A DNA stretch of 64,000 bases from Mayamaea pseudoterrestris (Eukaryota). Each line of letters begins with the position of its first letter. The stretch's first letter is position 1. The position numbers and the translations under genes were made by a program. The stretch spans positions 2,170,001-2,234,000 of the forward strand of contig BROI01000001.1 in assembly GCA_027923505.1 (NCBI GenBank). Reading direction: 5' to 3'. Below are positions 26,418-37,774 of the stretch, one piece after another. A model generated the notes under the pieces. The model had not been told where the DNA came from. It made no database searches and saw nothing but the letters and a program-made list of their open reading frames with translations.

Positions 26418-29400
26418 CGACACAATATTATTGAGTTGAGTTGACCTGCGTCTTATGACAAGACGGTTAGCTACCTGTGTTTTGTATGCATTTAATCCTG
26501 TGCAGGGTTGAGTCACACTTGTGACCGAATCCTCACATACATGAGTGAAATCGCTGACGATCGAGGCGTGAACCTCGACCGTGAACCCAGTGAGAACGAG
26601 AAAGAAGCGCACGAGTAGAGTAGCGAGTAACATGCACTATTCTAGCAATTGAGTTTGTTTGTTTGCTTTACGCTGGACGAAGAGGTTGATCGCTCCTAGT
26701 CCATTGTAGTCGCTGGAATAAAGGTTCGTCTGATATTATCGTGTCAGATTAACAGTCTTGCTAGCTTGTCTTGACCTGAGAGAGCTGTGCGAAAGAGAGA
26801 GAGTGAAAGAATCGAGAAATTGAGAGAGAAAGAGCAGATTCCTTGCGGCGTCGTCAATCCGAATACTTGGCACGAGCGCGTAGAACAGGATCGTATAAGG
26901 CTCGACCGCATTGAGAGCGGTTGTTGTGTGAGAAAGGACTTGCGGAAGCGAGGTATTCACTATCATGGTGTCGATTACTGCGGAAGCTTTGCAGCTTCTC
27001 TGCACGAACGTTTTCGGACGAGACATCCAAGAAGCGTTCTTGTTTTGGAATGTAACCACCACGACCCAGATGTTGAGATTGACCAAGGAGCAACTTGAAG
27101 CCCCCTACTGGGTCGACAGAGCCGCCATTCAAGCTGGCGTTGGACAACCTGAAGGTGCGCAACCCGACGATGCGCCGCCGGGCGACGAGCCGGCCGAAGA
27201 ACCGGCCGAAGAGCAAGAAGCCGCCGCCCCAGTACGATACGAAACGACACTAGCACCAGTCTACGTGAACCTTGTCCTCGATGCATGCGAATGGTTTACC
27301 ATGCACGACGGACCCCCGAACACCAAGAAATGGGCGTTGCTGGATTTAGGCAAGCTCGAGCGATACCAAGCGGTTCTCGCGGAACAAGAAATCGCGCGGA
27401 AGCGTGAAGAAGGATACTACGTACTCGAGTCCAAGAAGAAGCAAGCCGAGCTACTTGCCAAGCAACTCGAAAATGAGACCATCAAGGCTGAGAAGGCCGA
27501 AAAGGAAGAAGATGCCAAGGGTCGTTTCTCGAACCTCAAGACGAAACGAGACTACAAGGACTACAAAACGTTCCAACATCCCCACGCGTGGTTGAGTTGG
27601 AGCGCGTCTACCAAGGCAATCGCCAAGCTCCATGGCTGTTCTAACGTGCTCGACAGCAAGTACGTACCAGTCACGGAAGAAGAGAAGGAAGAATTCGAGA
27701 ATCAGTGTATCTTCAGGTACACTTCGTTTCGCAATTGCCTCGAAGTGGGCTGATACCAGTCGCTCTTGATGAAGAGCAGCGACAAGTCTGACGCTCAAGG
27801 CGTCTATCGCGAACTCGCGACCAAGTTTGGTTCCGGCGAGTTAGCTACCATCCAAGCGAATGAACTGCAAGCCAAGCTTGCGACGATTCGCCTAGATTCG
27901 ACCTGGACGAAAGGACACTACAAGTTCCTAAACTACATCGAACAGCTCATGAAGAATCTCGAAGAGTTCCGTCCTGGAGTGACGGATGACAAGAAGAAGT
28001 ACTACTGGCTCCGAGCTGCAGTGGAGGGCGACGAAGAATTCGGCCCCACGTGCACGACGTTCGACCAGCACCTGCAATTTGAACGACGACGCATCATCAG
28101 TGCAAATGGTGATCCAGATGCCGTCGTGACGGAAGATTATGACTGTCTTTTTCGACATGTTGTCGCAGCAAGGCTTTGCGCGTCGACAACAAGAACGCCA
28201 AGCTGAATAAGGGCAAGAAGAACGCCGACCGCCAAGCGAACAACGCGAACACTTCCGGCAAGGACGTGGTAATGGACGCGGTTCCGGTCGTGGCGGAGGA
28301 GCGGGCGGCGAAGGCGGACGCGGGGTGGGCGAGACGGTGGACGCGGTTCCCAAGTGAGCCGCGGTTCCGGAGGACGAGGCTCTTCCGCGCCACTACCAGC
28401 AGCCGGTACGCAAGCGCATCGGGAACGATTCCCTGGCGATTATCTGAACTTTGAACAGTTGTTGCAGAACCCCTGGTCGTACATGTCGTATGAACGACTC
28501 GGCCGACTTAACGAGGACGAATACGCTCAGCTCATGGCTCGACGTGAAGCCGTCCCAAGACCCGCCACCACAAGACGCGCGAACAACAGTAACCGTGCGA
28601 ATAACCAGCAGTCACAAGCGGCTGCATCGGTGCCTGGTACAATCTTGTATCAGAACGACGCTGTCTCGATCGCCCCGACGACAGCCACTCAAGGTGCACC
28701 GGATGACATGATTAGATCTTTCCTTGCGAACGCCGCGTCGTCTCGCACTCAAGCTGCGAATAACACCCAGCAAGAGTTTATGGGAAGCGACGGCCGTCGG
28801 TACCGCGCAATGGTATCGGTGCGCTACACTGTGAATCGAAGCTTCGCAGAAGACCCGCCAAGGATCACTGATTGACGGCGGTGCGAACGGTGGACTCGCT
28901 GGAAGCGATATGAGAATCTTGAGTACTACCAACCACACGTGTAACGTGACAGGTTTGAGCGACCACACGGTTCGCGACCTTCAAGTCGGAACTGGCGTCG
29001 CATTGATTGAGACTCGGACTGGACCCATTATCGGGCAGTTCAACCAGTATGCTTTGTACGACGGTGCTGAATCCATTCATGCTCCGTCGCAGCTTCGGTC
29101 GTTCGGTCATCTGATCGACGACGTCCCTCGCTCCCAGAATGGAACACAAGCCATTGTCACCAGTTGTGGCAAGACCATCCCCTTGGCGATCCGCGACGGT
29201 TTGCCTCGAATGGATATGCGTCCGCCGACGGACGCAGAGTTGGAAATGTATCCGACGGTCATTTTCTCTGCGGACACCCTTTGGGATCCGGCGGACTTAG
29301 ACAATGAATGGAACGAAGAAGAACTTGAGTTTAATCGTCACCTCGACGAATTAGAAGAAACCCACGGTTTCGTCGACGCCCGCATGGATGACTTCGGCGA

Positions 29401-30980
29401 CGCCACCTACCGGAACAACATGAACTCAGTGGAACGTGTGGTGCAGTATGTCGATCGCAATCAGGCTGATACGACGCGCCAAGCCAATGCACGACGCATA
29501 ATGCCACAAGAACCTGACTACCAAGCGCTTCGACCCTACCTTGGCTACACGCCACTTGAACGAGTCAAGCGCACCATTAAGAATACGACACAGCTTTTCC
29601 GTGCATCGGCACACACCCCATTTCGCCAACACTTTAAGTCGCGATTCCCTGCCGCCAATGTGGTTCGTTTCCATGACGATACGGCGACAGATACCTGGTT
29701 TACCCAGGTACCCGCCTTTAACGACGGAATCCGCGGCCATGGCGGATGCAAGATGATGCAACTGTTCGTCGGCAAGAAGAGTCTGCTGACGAGGGGATAC
29801 CCACTGAGAACCGAGAGTGACATGCCCATGGCGCTCGAAGACTTCATTCGAGACATTGGCGCTCCCGATTTGCTCATTAGCGATAACTCGCGAGTGCAGC
29901 TCGGGAAGCAAGTTGAAACCTTGTTGCGATTCTACGCGATTCGTGACCAACAGAGCGAGCCCGGATACCAGAACCAGAACCCTGCCGAGCGTCGCATCCA
30001 AGAAGTCAAGTCATCAGTCCAAAACATCATGAACCGTACGGGCGCACCCGCTGGAGCCTGGCTCCTATGCGCGCTGTACGTAATCGCCTTATTCAACAAT
30101 CTGGCGACCGAGTCCCTCAACTGGAAGACCCCTACTGAAGCCGCCTTCAACCGAGTACCCGACATTTTGCCGTTCCTGCAGTTCAAGTTCTGGGAACGAG
30201 TCCTGTACGAAGCTGGAGCCGACGAGCCGCCGACATTTCCTCACACCAAGGAAGCAGCAGGACGCTGGGTCGGCATTGCAGAGAACAAGGGTGACATCCT
30301 CACGTACCAAGTTCGATCCGATCGGACTGGAATGGTTGTCGTCCGATCCAACGTTCGTCCCTTCTCCGAAGGGCGTAACCTACGCGCTGAAGCTGAAAGC
30401 GCTCCTGAACCCGAGTCCGAACGACCACTGTTCGCGGAACCTGTCTTCGACGCGCGTCCCGCGCGTGAACGAGCCCAAGTCGAAACTGTCGACGAGTTTG
30501 ACGATGATTATGACCTAGTCGGTCCGGTGTTTGAACACGACCTTACACCGACCCCAGCGCCTGATTCTGGGGGAACCGTGGATGAAGACGCATTCACGTT
30601 GGAAAGCGCTGCCGAGTTAGCCGGTTTGGATCCCGACGGACCCATGCCGTCCTTTACTCCGGCTGAACTGATGGGACGCACTGTCCTTCTTGACGAGGAA
30701 GACGGCTCCACGCGACGTTACAAGGTTATCGAGCAACTGAACGATCGCGATGAAGCCAACCACAAGATTATCAAGTTTCGATTGAGTCTCGGCGACGGCG
30801 ACGTCGACGAGCTTATTACCCACCGAACCAGCCACCTTTGCGGAATACGCAGATCTGTACGACGACGATGACAACGACGACCAGTACTACAAGTTTGATT
30901 TCATTGACGGACATGAAGGTCCACTGACACAAGCCCACGCTACGATCGCGGCTCATCCTACAAGGCTTGCTGATTAAATG
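26418..30980 (+). mobile_element. Copia family A copy A2: LTR (26418-26746)-gag-PR-INT, truncated tandem duplicate of A3
   Basis: Near-identical to 30981-35540 at an offset of 4563 bp. Protease LIDGGANGG; integrase TDTWF...ISDN...QNPAERRI. Confidence 0.96.
28910..30871 (+). CDS. Pol fragment (protease C-terminal part and integrase) of copy A2
   Basis: 653-aa ORF with DDE integrase motifs; identical translation to 33472-35433. Confidence 0.9.
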   Translation: MRILSTTNHTCNVTGLSDHTVRDLQVGTGVALIETRTGPIIGQFNQYALYDGAESIHAPSQLRSFGHLIDDVPRSQNGTQAIVTSCGKTIPLAIRDGLPRMDMRPPTDAELEMYPTVIFSADTLWDPADLDNEWNEEELEFNRHLDELEETHGFVDARMDDFGDATYRNNMNSVERVVQYVDRNQADTTRQANARRIMPQEPDYQALRPYLGYTPLERVKRTIKNTTQLFRASAHTPFRQHFKSRFPAANVVRFHDDTATDTWFTQVPAFNDGIRGHGGCKMMQLFVGKKSLLTRGYPLRTESDMPMALEDFIRDIGAPDLLISDNSRVQLGKQVETLLRFYAIRDQQSEPGYQNQNPAERRIQEVKSSVQNIMNRTGAPAGAWLLCALYVIALFNNLATESLNWKTPTEAAFNRVPDILPFLQFKFWERVLYEAGADEPPTFPHTKEAAGRWVGIAENKGDILTYQVRSDRTGMVVVRSNVRPFSEGRNLRAEAESAPEPESERPLFAEPVFDARPARERAQVETVDEFDDDYDLVGPVFEHDLTPTPAPDSGGTVDEDAFTLESAAELAGLDPDGPMPSFTPAELMGRTVLLDEEDGSTRRYKVIEQLNDRDEANHKIIKFRLSLGDGDVDELITHRTSHLCGIRRSVRRR

Positions 30981-33471
30981 GGACACAATATTATTGAGTT
31001 GAGTTGACCTGCGTCTTATGACAAGACGGTTAGCTACCTGTGTTTTGTATGCATTTAATCCTGTGCAGGGTTGAGTCACACTTGTGACCGAATCCTCACA
31101 TACATGAGTGAAATCGCTGACGATCGAGGCGTGAACCTCGACCGTGAACCCAGTGAGAACGAGAAAGAAGCGCACGAGTAGAGTAGCGAGTAACATGCAC
31201 TATTCTAGCAATTGAGTTTGTTTGTTTGCTTTACGCTGGACGAAGAGGTTGATCGCTCCTAGTCCATTGTAGTCGCTGGAATAAAGGTTCGTCTGATATT
31301 ATCGTGTCAGATTAACAGTCTTGCTAGCTTGTCTTGACCTGAGAGAGCTGTGCGAAAGAGAGAGAGTGAAAGAATCGAGAAATTGAGAGAGAAAGAGCAG
31401 ATTCCTTGCGGCGTCGTCAATCCGAATACTTGGCACGAGCGCGTAGAACAGGATCGTATAAGGCTCGACCGCATTGAGAGCGGTTGTTGTGTGAGAAAGG
31501 ACTTGCGGAAGCGAGGTATTCACTATCATGGTGTCGATTACTGCGGAAGCTTTGCAGCTTCTCTGCACGAACGTTTTCGGACGAGACATCCAAGAAGCGT
31601 TCTTGTTTTGGAATGTAACCACCACGACCCAGATGTTGAGATTGACCAAGGAGCAACTTGAAGCCCCCTACTGGGTCGACAGAGCCGCCATTCAAGCTGG
31701 CGTTGGACAACCTGAAGGTGCGCAACCCGACGATGCGCCGCCGGGCGACGAGCCGGCCGAAGAACCGGCCGAAGAGCAAGAAGCCGCCGCCCCAGTACGA
31801 TACGAAACGACACTAGCACCAGTCTACGTGAACCTTGTCCTCGATGCATGCGAATGGTTTACCATGCACGACGGACCCCCGAACACCAAGAAATGGGCGT
31901 TGCTGGATTTAGGCAAGCTCGAGCGATACCAAGCGGTTCTCGCGGAACAAGAAATCGCGCGGAAGCGTGAAGAAGGATACTACGTACTCGAGTCCAAGAA
32001 GAAGCAAGCCGAGCTACTTGCCAAGCAACTCGAAAATGAGACCATCAAGGCTGAGAAGGCCGAAAAGGAAGAAGATGCCAAGGGTCGTTTCTCGAACCTC
32101 AAGACGAAACGAGACTACAAGGACTACAAAACGTTCCAACATCCCCACGCGTGGTTGAGTTGGAGCGCGTCTACCAAGGCAATCGCCAAGCTCCATGGCT
32201 GTTCTAACGTGCTCGACAGCAAGTACGTACCAGTCACGGAAGAAGAGAAGGAAGAATTCGAGAATCAGTGTATCTTCAGGTACACTTCGTTTCGCAATTG
32301 CCTCGAAGTGGGCTGATACCAGTCGCTCTTGATGAAGAGCAGCGACAAGTCTGACGCTCAAGGCGTCTATCGCGAACTCGCGACCAAGTTTGGTTCCGGC
32401 GAGTTAGCTACCATCCAAGCGAATGAACTGCAAGCCAAGCTTGCGACGATTCGCCTAGATTCGACCTGGACGAAAGGACACTACAAGTTCCTAAACTACA
32501 TCGAACAGCTCATGAAGAATCTCGAAGAGTTCCGTCCTGGAGTGACGGATGACAAGAAGAAGTACTACTGGCTCCGAGCTGCAGTGGAGGGCGACGAAGA
32601 ATTCGGCCCCACGTGCACGACGTTCGACCAGCACCTGCAATTTGAACGACGACGCATCATCAGTGCAAATGGTGATCCAGATGCCGTCGTGACGGAAGAC
32701 TATGACTGTCTTTTTCGACATGTTGTCGCAGCAAGGCTTTGCGCGTCGACAACAAGAACGCCAAGCTGAATAAGGGCAAGAAGAACGCCGACCGCCAAGC
32801 GAACAACGCGAACACTTCCGGCAAGGACGTGGTAATGGACGCGGTTCCGGTCGTGGCGGAGGAGCGGGCGGCGAAGGCGGACGCGGGGTGGGCGAGACGG
32901 TGGACGCGGTTCCCAAGTGAGCCGCGGTTCGGAGGACGAGGCTCTTCCGCGCCACTACCAGCAGCCGGTACGCAAGCGCATCGGGAACGATTCCCTGGCG
33001 ATTATCTGAACTTTGAACAGTTGTTGCAGAACCCCTGGTCGTACATGTCGTATGAACGACTCGGCCGACTTAACGAGGACGAATACGCTCAGCTCATGGC
33101 TCGACGTGAAGCCGTCCCAAGACCCGCCACCACAAGACGCGCGAACAACAGTAACCGTGCGAATAACCAGCAGTCACAAGCGGCTGCATCGGTGCCTGGT
33201 ACAATCTTGTATCAGAACGACGCTGTCTCGATCGCCCCGACGACAGCCACTCAAGGTGCACCGGATGACATGATTAGATCTTTCCTTGCGAACGCCGCGT
33301 CGTCTCGCACTCAAGCTGCGAATAACACCCAGCAAGAGTTTATGGGAAGCGACGGCCGTCGGTACCGCGCAATGGTATCGGTGCGCTACACTGTGAATCG
33401 AAGCTTCGCAGAAGACCCGCCAAGGATCACTGATTGACGGCGGTGCGAACGGTGGACTCGCTGGAAGCGAT

Positions 33472-35433
33472 ATGAGAATCTTGAGTACTACCAACCACAC
33501 GTGTAACGTGACAGGTTTGAGCGACCACACGGTTCGCGACCTTCAAGTCGGAACTGGCGTCGCATTGATTGAGACTCGGACTGGACCCATTATCGGGCAG
33601 TTCAACCAGTATGCTTTGTACGACGGTGCTGAATCCATTCATGCTCCGTCGCAGCTTCGGTCGTTCGGTCATCTGATCGACGACGTCCCTCGCTCCCAGA
33701 ATGGAACACAAGCCATTGTCACCAGTTGTGGCAAGACCATCCCCTTGGCGATCCGCGACGGTTTGCCTCGAATGGATATGCGTCCGCCGACGGACGCAGA
33801 GTTGGAAATGTATCCGACGGTCATTTTCTCTGCGGACACCCTTTGGGATCCGGCGGACTTAGACAATGAATGGAACGAAGAAGAACTTGAGTTTAATCGT
33901 CACCTCGACGAATTAGAAGAAACCCACGGTTTCGTCGACGCCCGCATGGATGACTTCGGCGACGCCACCTACCGGAACAACATGAACTCAGTGGAACGTG
34001 TGGTGCAGTATGTCGATCGCAATCAGGCTGATACGACGCGCCAAGCCAATGCACGACGCATAATGCCACAAGAACCTGACTACCAAGCGCTTCGACCCTA
34101 CCTTGGCTACACGCCACTTGAACGAGTCAAGCGCACCATTAAGAATACGACACAGCTTTTCCGTGCATCGGCACACACCCCATTTCGCCAACACTTTAAG
34201 TCGCGATTCCCTGCCGCCAATGTGGTTCGTTTCCATGACGATACGGCGACAGATACCTGGTTTACCCAGGTACCCGCCTTTAACGACGGAATCCGCGGCC
34301 ATGGCGGATGCAAGATGATGCAACTGTTCGTCGGCAAGAAGAGTCTGCTGACGAGGGGATACCCACTGAGAACCGAGAGTGACATGCCCATGGCGCTCGA
34401 AGACTTCATTCGAGACATTGGCGCTCCCGATTTGCTCATTAGCGATAACTCGCGAGTGCAGCTCGGGAAGCAAGTTGAAACCTTGTTGCGATTCTACGCG
34501 ATTCGTGACCAACAGAGCGAGCCCGGATACCAGAACCAGAACCCTGCCGAGCGTCGCATCCAAGAAGTCAAGTCATCAGTCCAAAACATCATGAACCGTA
34601 CGGGCGCACCCGCTGGAGCCTGGCTCCTATGCGCGCTGTACGTAATCGCCTTATTCAACAATCTGGCGACCGAGTCCCTCAACTGGAAGACCCCTACTGA
34701 AGCCGCCTTCAACCGAGTACCCGACATTTTGCCGTTCCTGCAGTTCAAGTTCTGGGAACGAGTCCTGTACGAAGCTGGAGCCGACGAGCCGCCGACATTT
34801 CCTCACACCAAGGAAGCAGCAGGACGCTGGGTCGGCATTGCAGAGAACAAGGGTGACATCCTCACGTACCAAGTTCGATCCGATCGGACTGGAATGGTTG
34901 TCGTCCGATCCAACGTTCGTCCCTTCTCCGAAGGGCGTAACCTACGCGCTGAAGCTGAAAGCGCTCCTGAACCCGAGTCCGAACGACCACTGTTCGCGGA
35001 ACCTGTCTTCGACGCGCGTCCCGCGCGTGAACGAGCCCAAGTCGAAACTGTCGACGAGTTTGACGATGATTATGACCTAGTCGGTCCGGTGTTTGAACAC
35101 GACCTTACACCGACCCCAGCGCCTGATTCTGGGGGAACCGTGGATGAAGACGCATTCACGTTGGAAAGCGCTGCCGAGTTAGCCGGTTTGGATCCCGACG
35201 GACCCATGCCGTCCTTTACTCCGGCTGAACTGATGGGACGCACTGTCCTTCTTGACGAGGAAGACGGCTCCACGCGACGTTACAAGGTTATCGAGCAACT
35301 GAACGATCGCGATGAAGCCAACCACAAGATTATCAAGTTTCGATTGAGTCTCGGCGACGGCGACGTCGACGAGCTTATTACCCACCGAACCAGCCACCTT
35401 TGCGGAATACGCAGATCTGTACGACGACGATGA
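33472..35433 (+). CDS. Pol fragment (protease and integrase) of copy A3
   Basis: DDE integrase motifs, preceded in frame by LIDGGANGGLAGSD. Confidence 0.9.
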   Translation: MRILSTTNHTCNVTGLSDHTVRDLQVGTGVALIETRTGPIIGQFNQYALYDGAESIHAPSQLRSFGHLIDDVPRSQNGTQAIVTSCGKTIPLAIRDGLPRMDMRPPTDAELEMYPTVIFSADTLWDPADLDNEWNEEELEFNRHLDELEETHGFVDARMDDFGDATYRNNMNSVERVVQYVDRNQADTTRQANARRIMPQEPDYQALRPYLGYTPLERVKRTIKNTTQLFRASAHTPFRQHFKSRFPAANVVRFHDDTATDTWFTQVPAFNDGIRGHGGCKMMQLFVGKKSLLTRGYPLRTESDMPMALEDFIRDIGAPDLLISDNSRVQLGKQVETLLRFYAIRDQQSEPGYQNQNPAERRIQEVKSSVQNIMNRTGAPAGAWLLCALYVIALFNNLATESLNWKTPTEAAFNRVPDILPFLQFKFWERVLYEAGADEPPTFPHTKEAAGRWVGIAENKGDILTYQVRSDRTGMVVVRSNVRPFSEGRNLRAEAESAPEPESERPLFAEPVFDARPARERAQVETVDEFDDDYDLVGPVFEHDLTPTPAPDSGGTVDEDAFTLESAAELAGLDPDGPMPSFTPAELMGRTVLLDEEDGSTRRYKVIEQLNDRDEANHKIIKFRLSLGDGDVDELITHRTSHLCGIRRSVRRR

Positions 35434-35547
35434 CAACGACGACCAGTACTACAAGTTTGATTTCATTGACGGACATGAAGGTCCACTGACACAAGCCCAC
35501 GCTACGATCGCGGCTCATCCTACAAGGCTTGCTGATTAAATGGACGA

Positions 35548-37026
35548 TTGTCGAACGTCCGCCTGATATGCTGTGACGCGCGCGAGCAGCGCAAGGGTAT
35601 GCTGGAAAAGGATGGATGGAAGCGCTTGAGGCGCATGGCAGGACGCACTAAACTGTTTAACCGCATGTGCAAGGCTGCAAAGAAGAACCGTGTCCAAGAA
35701 GCGCGTTTCAAGTTTGGCGTTCAAGTTCCTAATACCTGGAAGGAAGCGAACCGCCTCGACGCTGCTAATGGAAACACCCTGTGGGCTGACGCCGTCAAGA
35801 CTGAGATGGAGCAGCTACACGAGTACGACACTTTCATCGACAAGGGCATCGGTGCCTTCATGGAAAGTGACTGGAAGCGTATCAACGCGCATCTTGTTTT
35901 CGACTGCAAGAACGATCTACGACGTAAGGCCCGGCTCGTCGCCGGGGGACATTTGACCGCTCCGCCCAAGGACTCCGCCTACTCCGGCGTTGTATCTATG
36001 CGAAGCATTCGAACCATAGCACTGTTAGCTGAACTGAACGACCTCAAGTTTTGGGCTGCCGATGTCGGTAACGCCTACCTCGAGGCCAAGACCAAGGAAA
36101 AGGTCTACATTGTTGCCGGTCCCGAGTTTGGACCATTGGAAGGCCATACCTTGGTCATCTACAAGGCACTTTACGGATTGCGCACTTCTGGCGCGCGTTG
36201 GCATGAGCACTTTGCCGACACACTCCGCGACATTGGATTCTACCCAAGCTACGCGGATCCTGACGTCTGGATGAAAGACTGTGGCACTCACTACGAGTAC
36301 GTCGGCGTGTTCGTCGACGATCTGGCTATGGCCATGAAAGATCCACAAGCCTTCACGGACCTCCTCAAGGACAAGTACAAGTACAAGTTGAAGGGCGTCG
36401 GCGACATCAAGTATCACCTTGGAGCCGACTTCTATCGTGATCCCGATGGAACCCTCTGCATGAGCGCGAAGACCTACGTCGGTCGCATGCTCAAGAACTA
36501 CGAGACCATGTTTGGCGAGAAGCCACGCAAGCGCAAGTCACCGCTTGACGACGGGGACCACCCCGAACTTGACCTTACCGAAGAGCTGGATGCCCGTGGC
36601 ATTCAACAGTACCAGTCTCTTATCGGTGCCCTCCAGTGGGCAGTGACCCTATGTCGACTTGACATTCATTGTGCCGTAATGACACTTGGCCGATTCCGCT
36701 GCGCCCCGCGCCGCGGACACCTGGACCGAGCCAAGCGAGTCTGCGGTTACCTAGCTGAGTACCCTGATGCGGCGATTCGTTTCCGGACGAAGATCGTCGA
36801 TCACGGGGAACCTACCAAGTATGATTGGTTGCAATCGGTCTACGGCAACTCAAGCGAAGAGCTTCCGTGGAACATGCCGATCCCGAAGGGCAAGCCTGTG
36901 CAACTAACTACCTTTATGGACGCGAACCTGTACCATGATTACACTACTGGACCGCCCAATGGGAGTCCTGCATTTCCTGAACCAGACGCCCGTCGAATGG
37001 TTCTGCAAGCGTCAGAATACTATTGA
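35548..37026 (+). CDS. Reverse transcriptase and start of RNase H of copy A3
   Basis: Copia-type RT motifs. RNase H continues through frameshifts to ~37364. Confidence 0.93.
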   Translation: MSNVRLICCDAREQRKGMLEKDGWKRLRRMAGRTKLFNRMCKAAKKNRVQEARFKFGVQVPNTWKEANRLDAANGNTLWADAVKTEMEQLHEYDTFIDKGIGAFMESDWKRINAHLVFDCKNDLRRKARLVAGGHLTAPPKDSAYSGVVSMRSIRTIALLAELNDLKFWAADVGNAYLEAKTKEKVYIVAGPEFGPLEGHTLVIYKALYGLRTSGARWHEHFADTLRDIGFYPSYADPDVWMKDCGTHYEYVGVFVDDLAMAMKDPQAFTDLLKDKYKYKLKGVGDIKYHLGADFYRDPDGTLCMSAKTYVGRMLKNYETMFGEKPRKRKSPLDDGDHPELDLTEELDARGIQQYQSLIGALQWAVTLCRLDIHCAVMTLGRFRCAPRRGHLDRAKRVCGYLAEYPDAAIRFRTKIVDHGEPTKYDWLQSVYGNSSEELPWNMPIPKGKPVQLTTFMDANLYHDYTTGPPNGSPAFPEPDARRMVLQASEYY

Positions 37027-37704
37027 GACTGCAAAGTACGGATCCGAGTTCGCGCGCCAAGCCGCGACGGAACAGATTACCGTGGTTTGGGATTCACTGC
37101 TCGCAGTTGGGATCTTGCGTGGACCAGACGTTCGCGACGTGTCAAGGCGTCAACGCCGCCACACTTTAGCCCGCATGCGCCGACTACCACCGAGTTCGCG
37201 AGGCCATTGCAAGCAATGTTCTGTACTTTGAGCACATCTTCGGCAAGCAGAACGTCGCCGACGTTCTTACCAAGTTCTTGCCGCATGCCACGTTCCAACC
37301 CCTGATTATTCCGATTCTTTTCAGGAAGGGTGATACGGCAAACCGATCGTTGTCACAAGCCTAGATCAAGGGGGATGACACAATATTATTGAGTTGAGTT
37401 GACCTGCGTCTTATGACAAGACGGTTAGCTACCTGTGTTTTGTATGCATTTAATCCTGTGCAGGGTTGAGTCACACTTGTGACCGAATCCTCACATACAT
37501 GAGTGAAATCGCTGACGATCGAGGCGTGAACCTCGACCGTGAACCCAGTGAGAACGAGAAAGAAGCCCACGAGTAGAGTAGCGAGTAACATGCACTATTC
37601 TAGCAATTGAGTTTGTTTGTTTGCTTTACGCTGGACGAAGAGGTTGATCGCTCCGAGTCCATTGTAGTCGCTGGAATAAAGGTTCGTCTGATATTATCGT
37701 GTCA

Positions 37705-37774
37705 AAAATGGTGCTAACTTTCAGGTGCGCTACGAGATGCATTGACTGGCTGGTCAATTAGTAGACTGCATGTA
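37705..37774 (-). repeat. Partial 169-bp subfamily B monomer, reverse orientation
   Basis: AATGGTGCTAACTTTCAGGTGCGCTAC...GGTCAATTAGTA nearly matches 41311-41379. Confidence 0.85.

Larger units (their letters stand above)
30981..37704 (+). mobile_element. Copia family A copy A3, full length: LTR 30981-31309, gag-PR-INT-RT-RNaseH, PPT, LTR 37376-37704; several stops and frameshifts
   Basis: INT-before-RT order. RT motifs KARLVAGG, ADVGNAYL, ALYGLRTSG, FVDD. RNase H motifs MDAN and GSEF. Polypurine tract AAGGGGGA at 37368-37375. Confidence 0.97.

Noticed and set aside
28840..28910. Programmed gag-pol frameshift in family A
   Set aside because: The frame changes before LIDGGANGG, but there is no clear slippery site and these copies carry several other indels, so it cannot be distinguished from decay or error.
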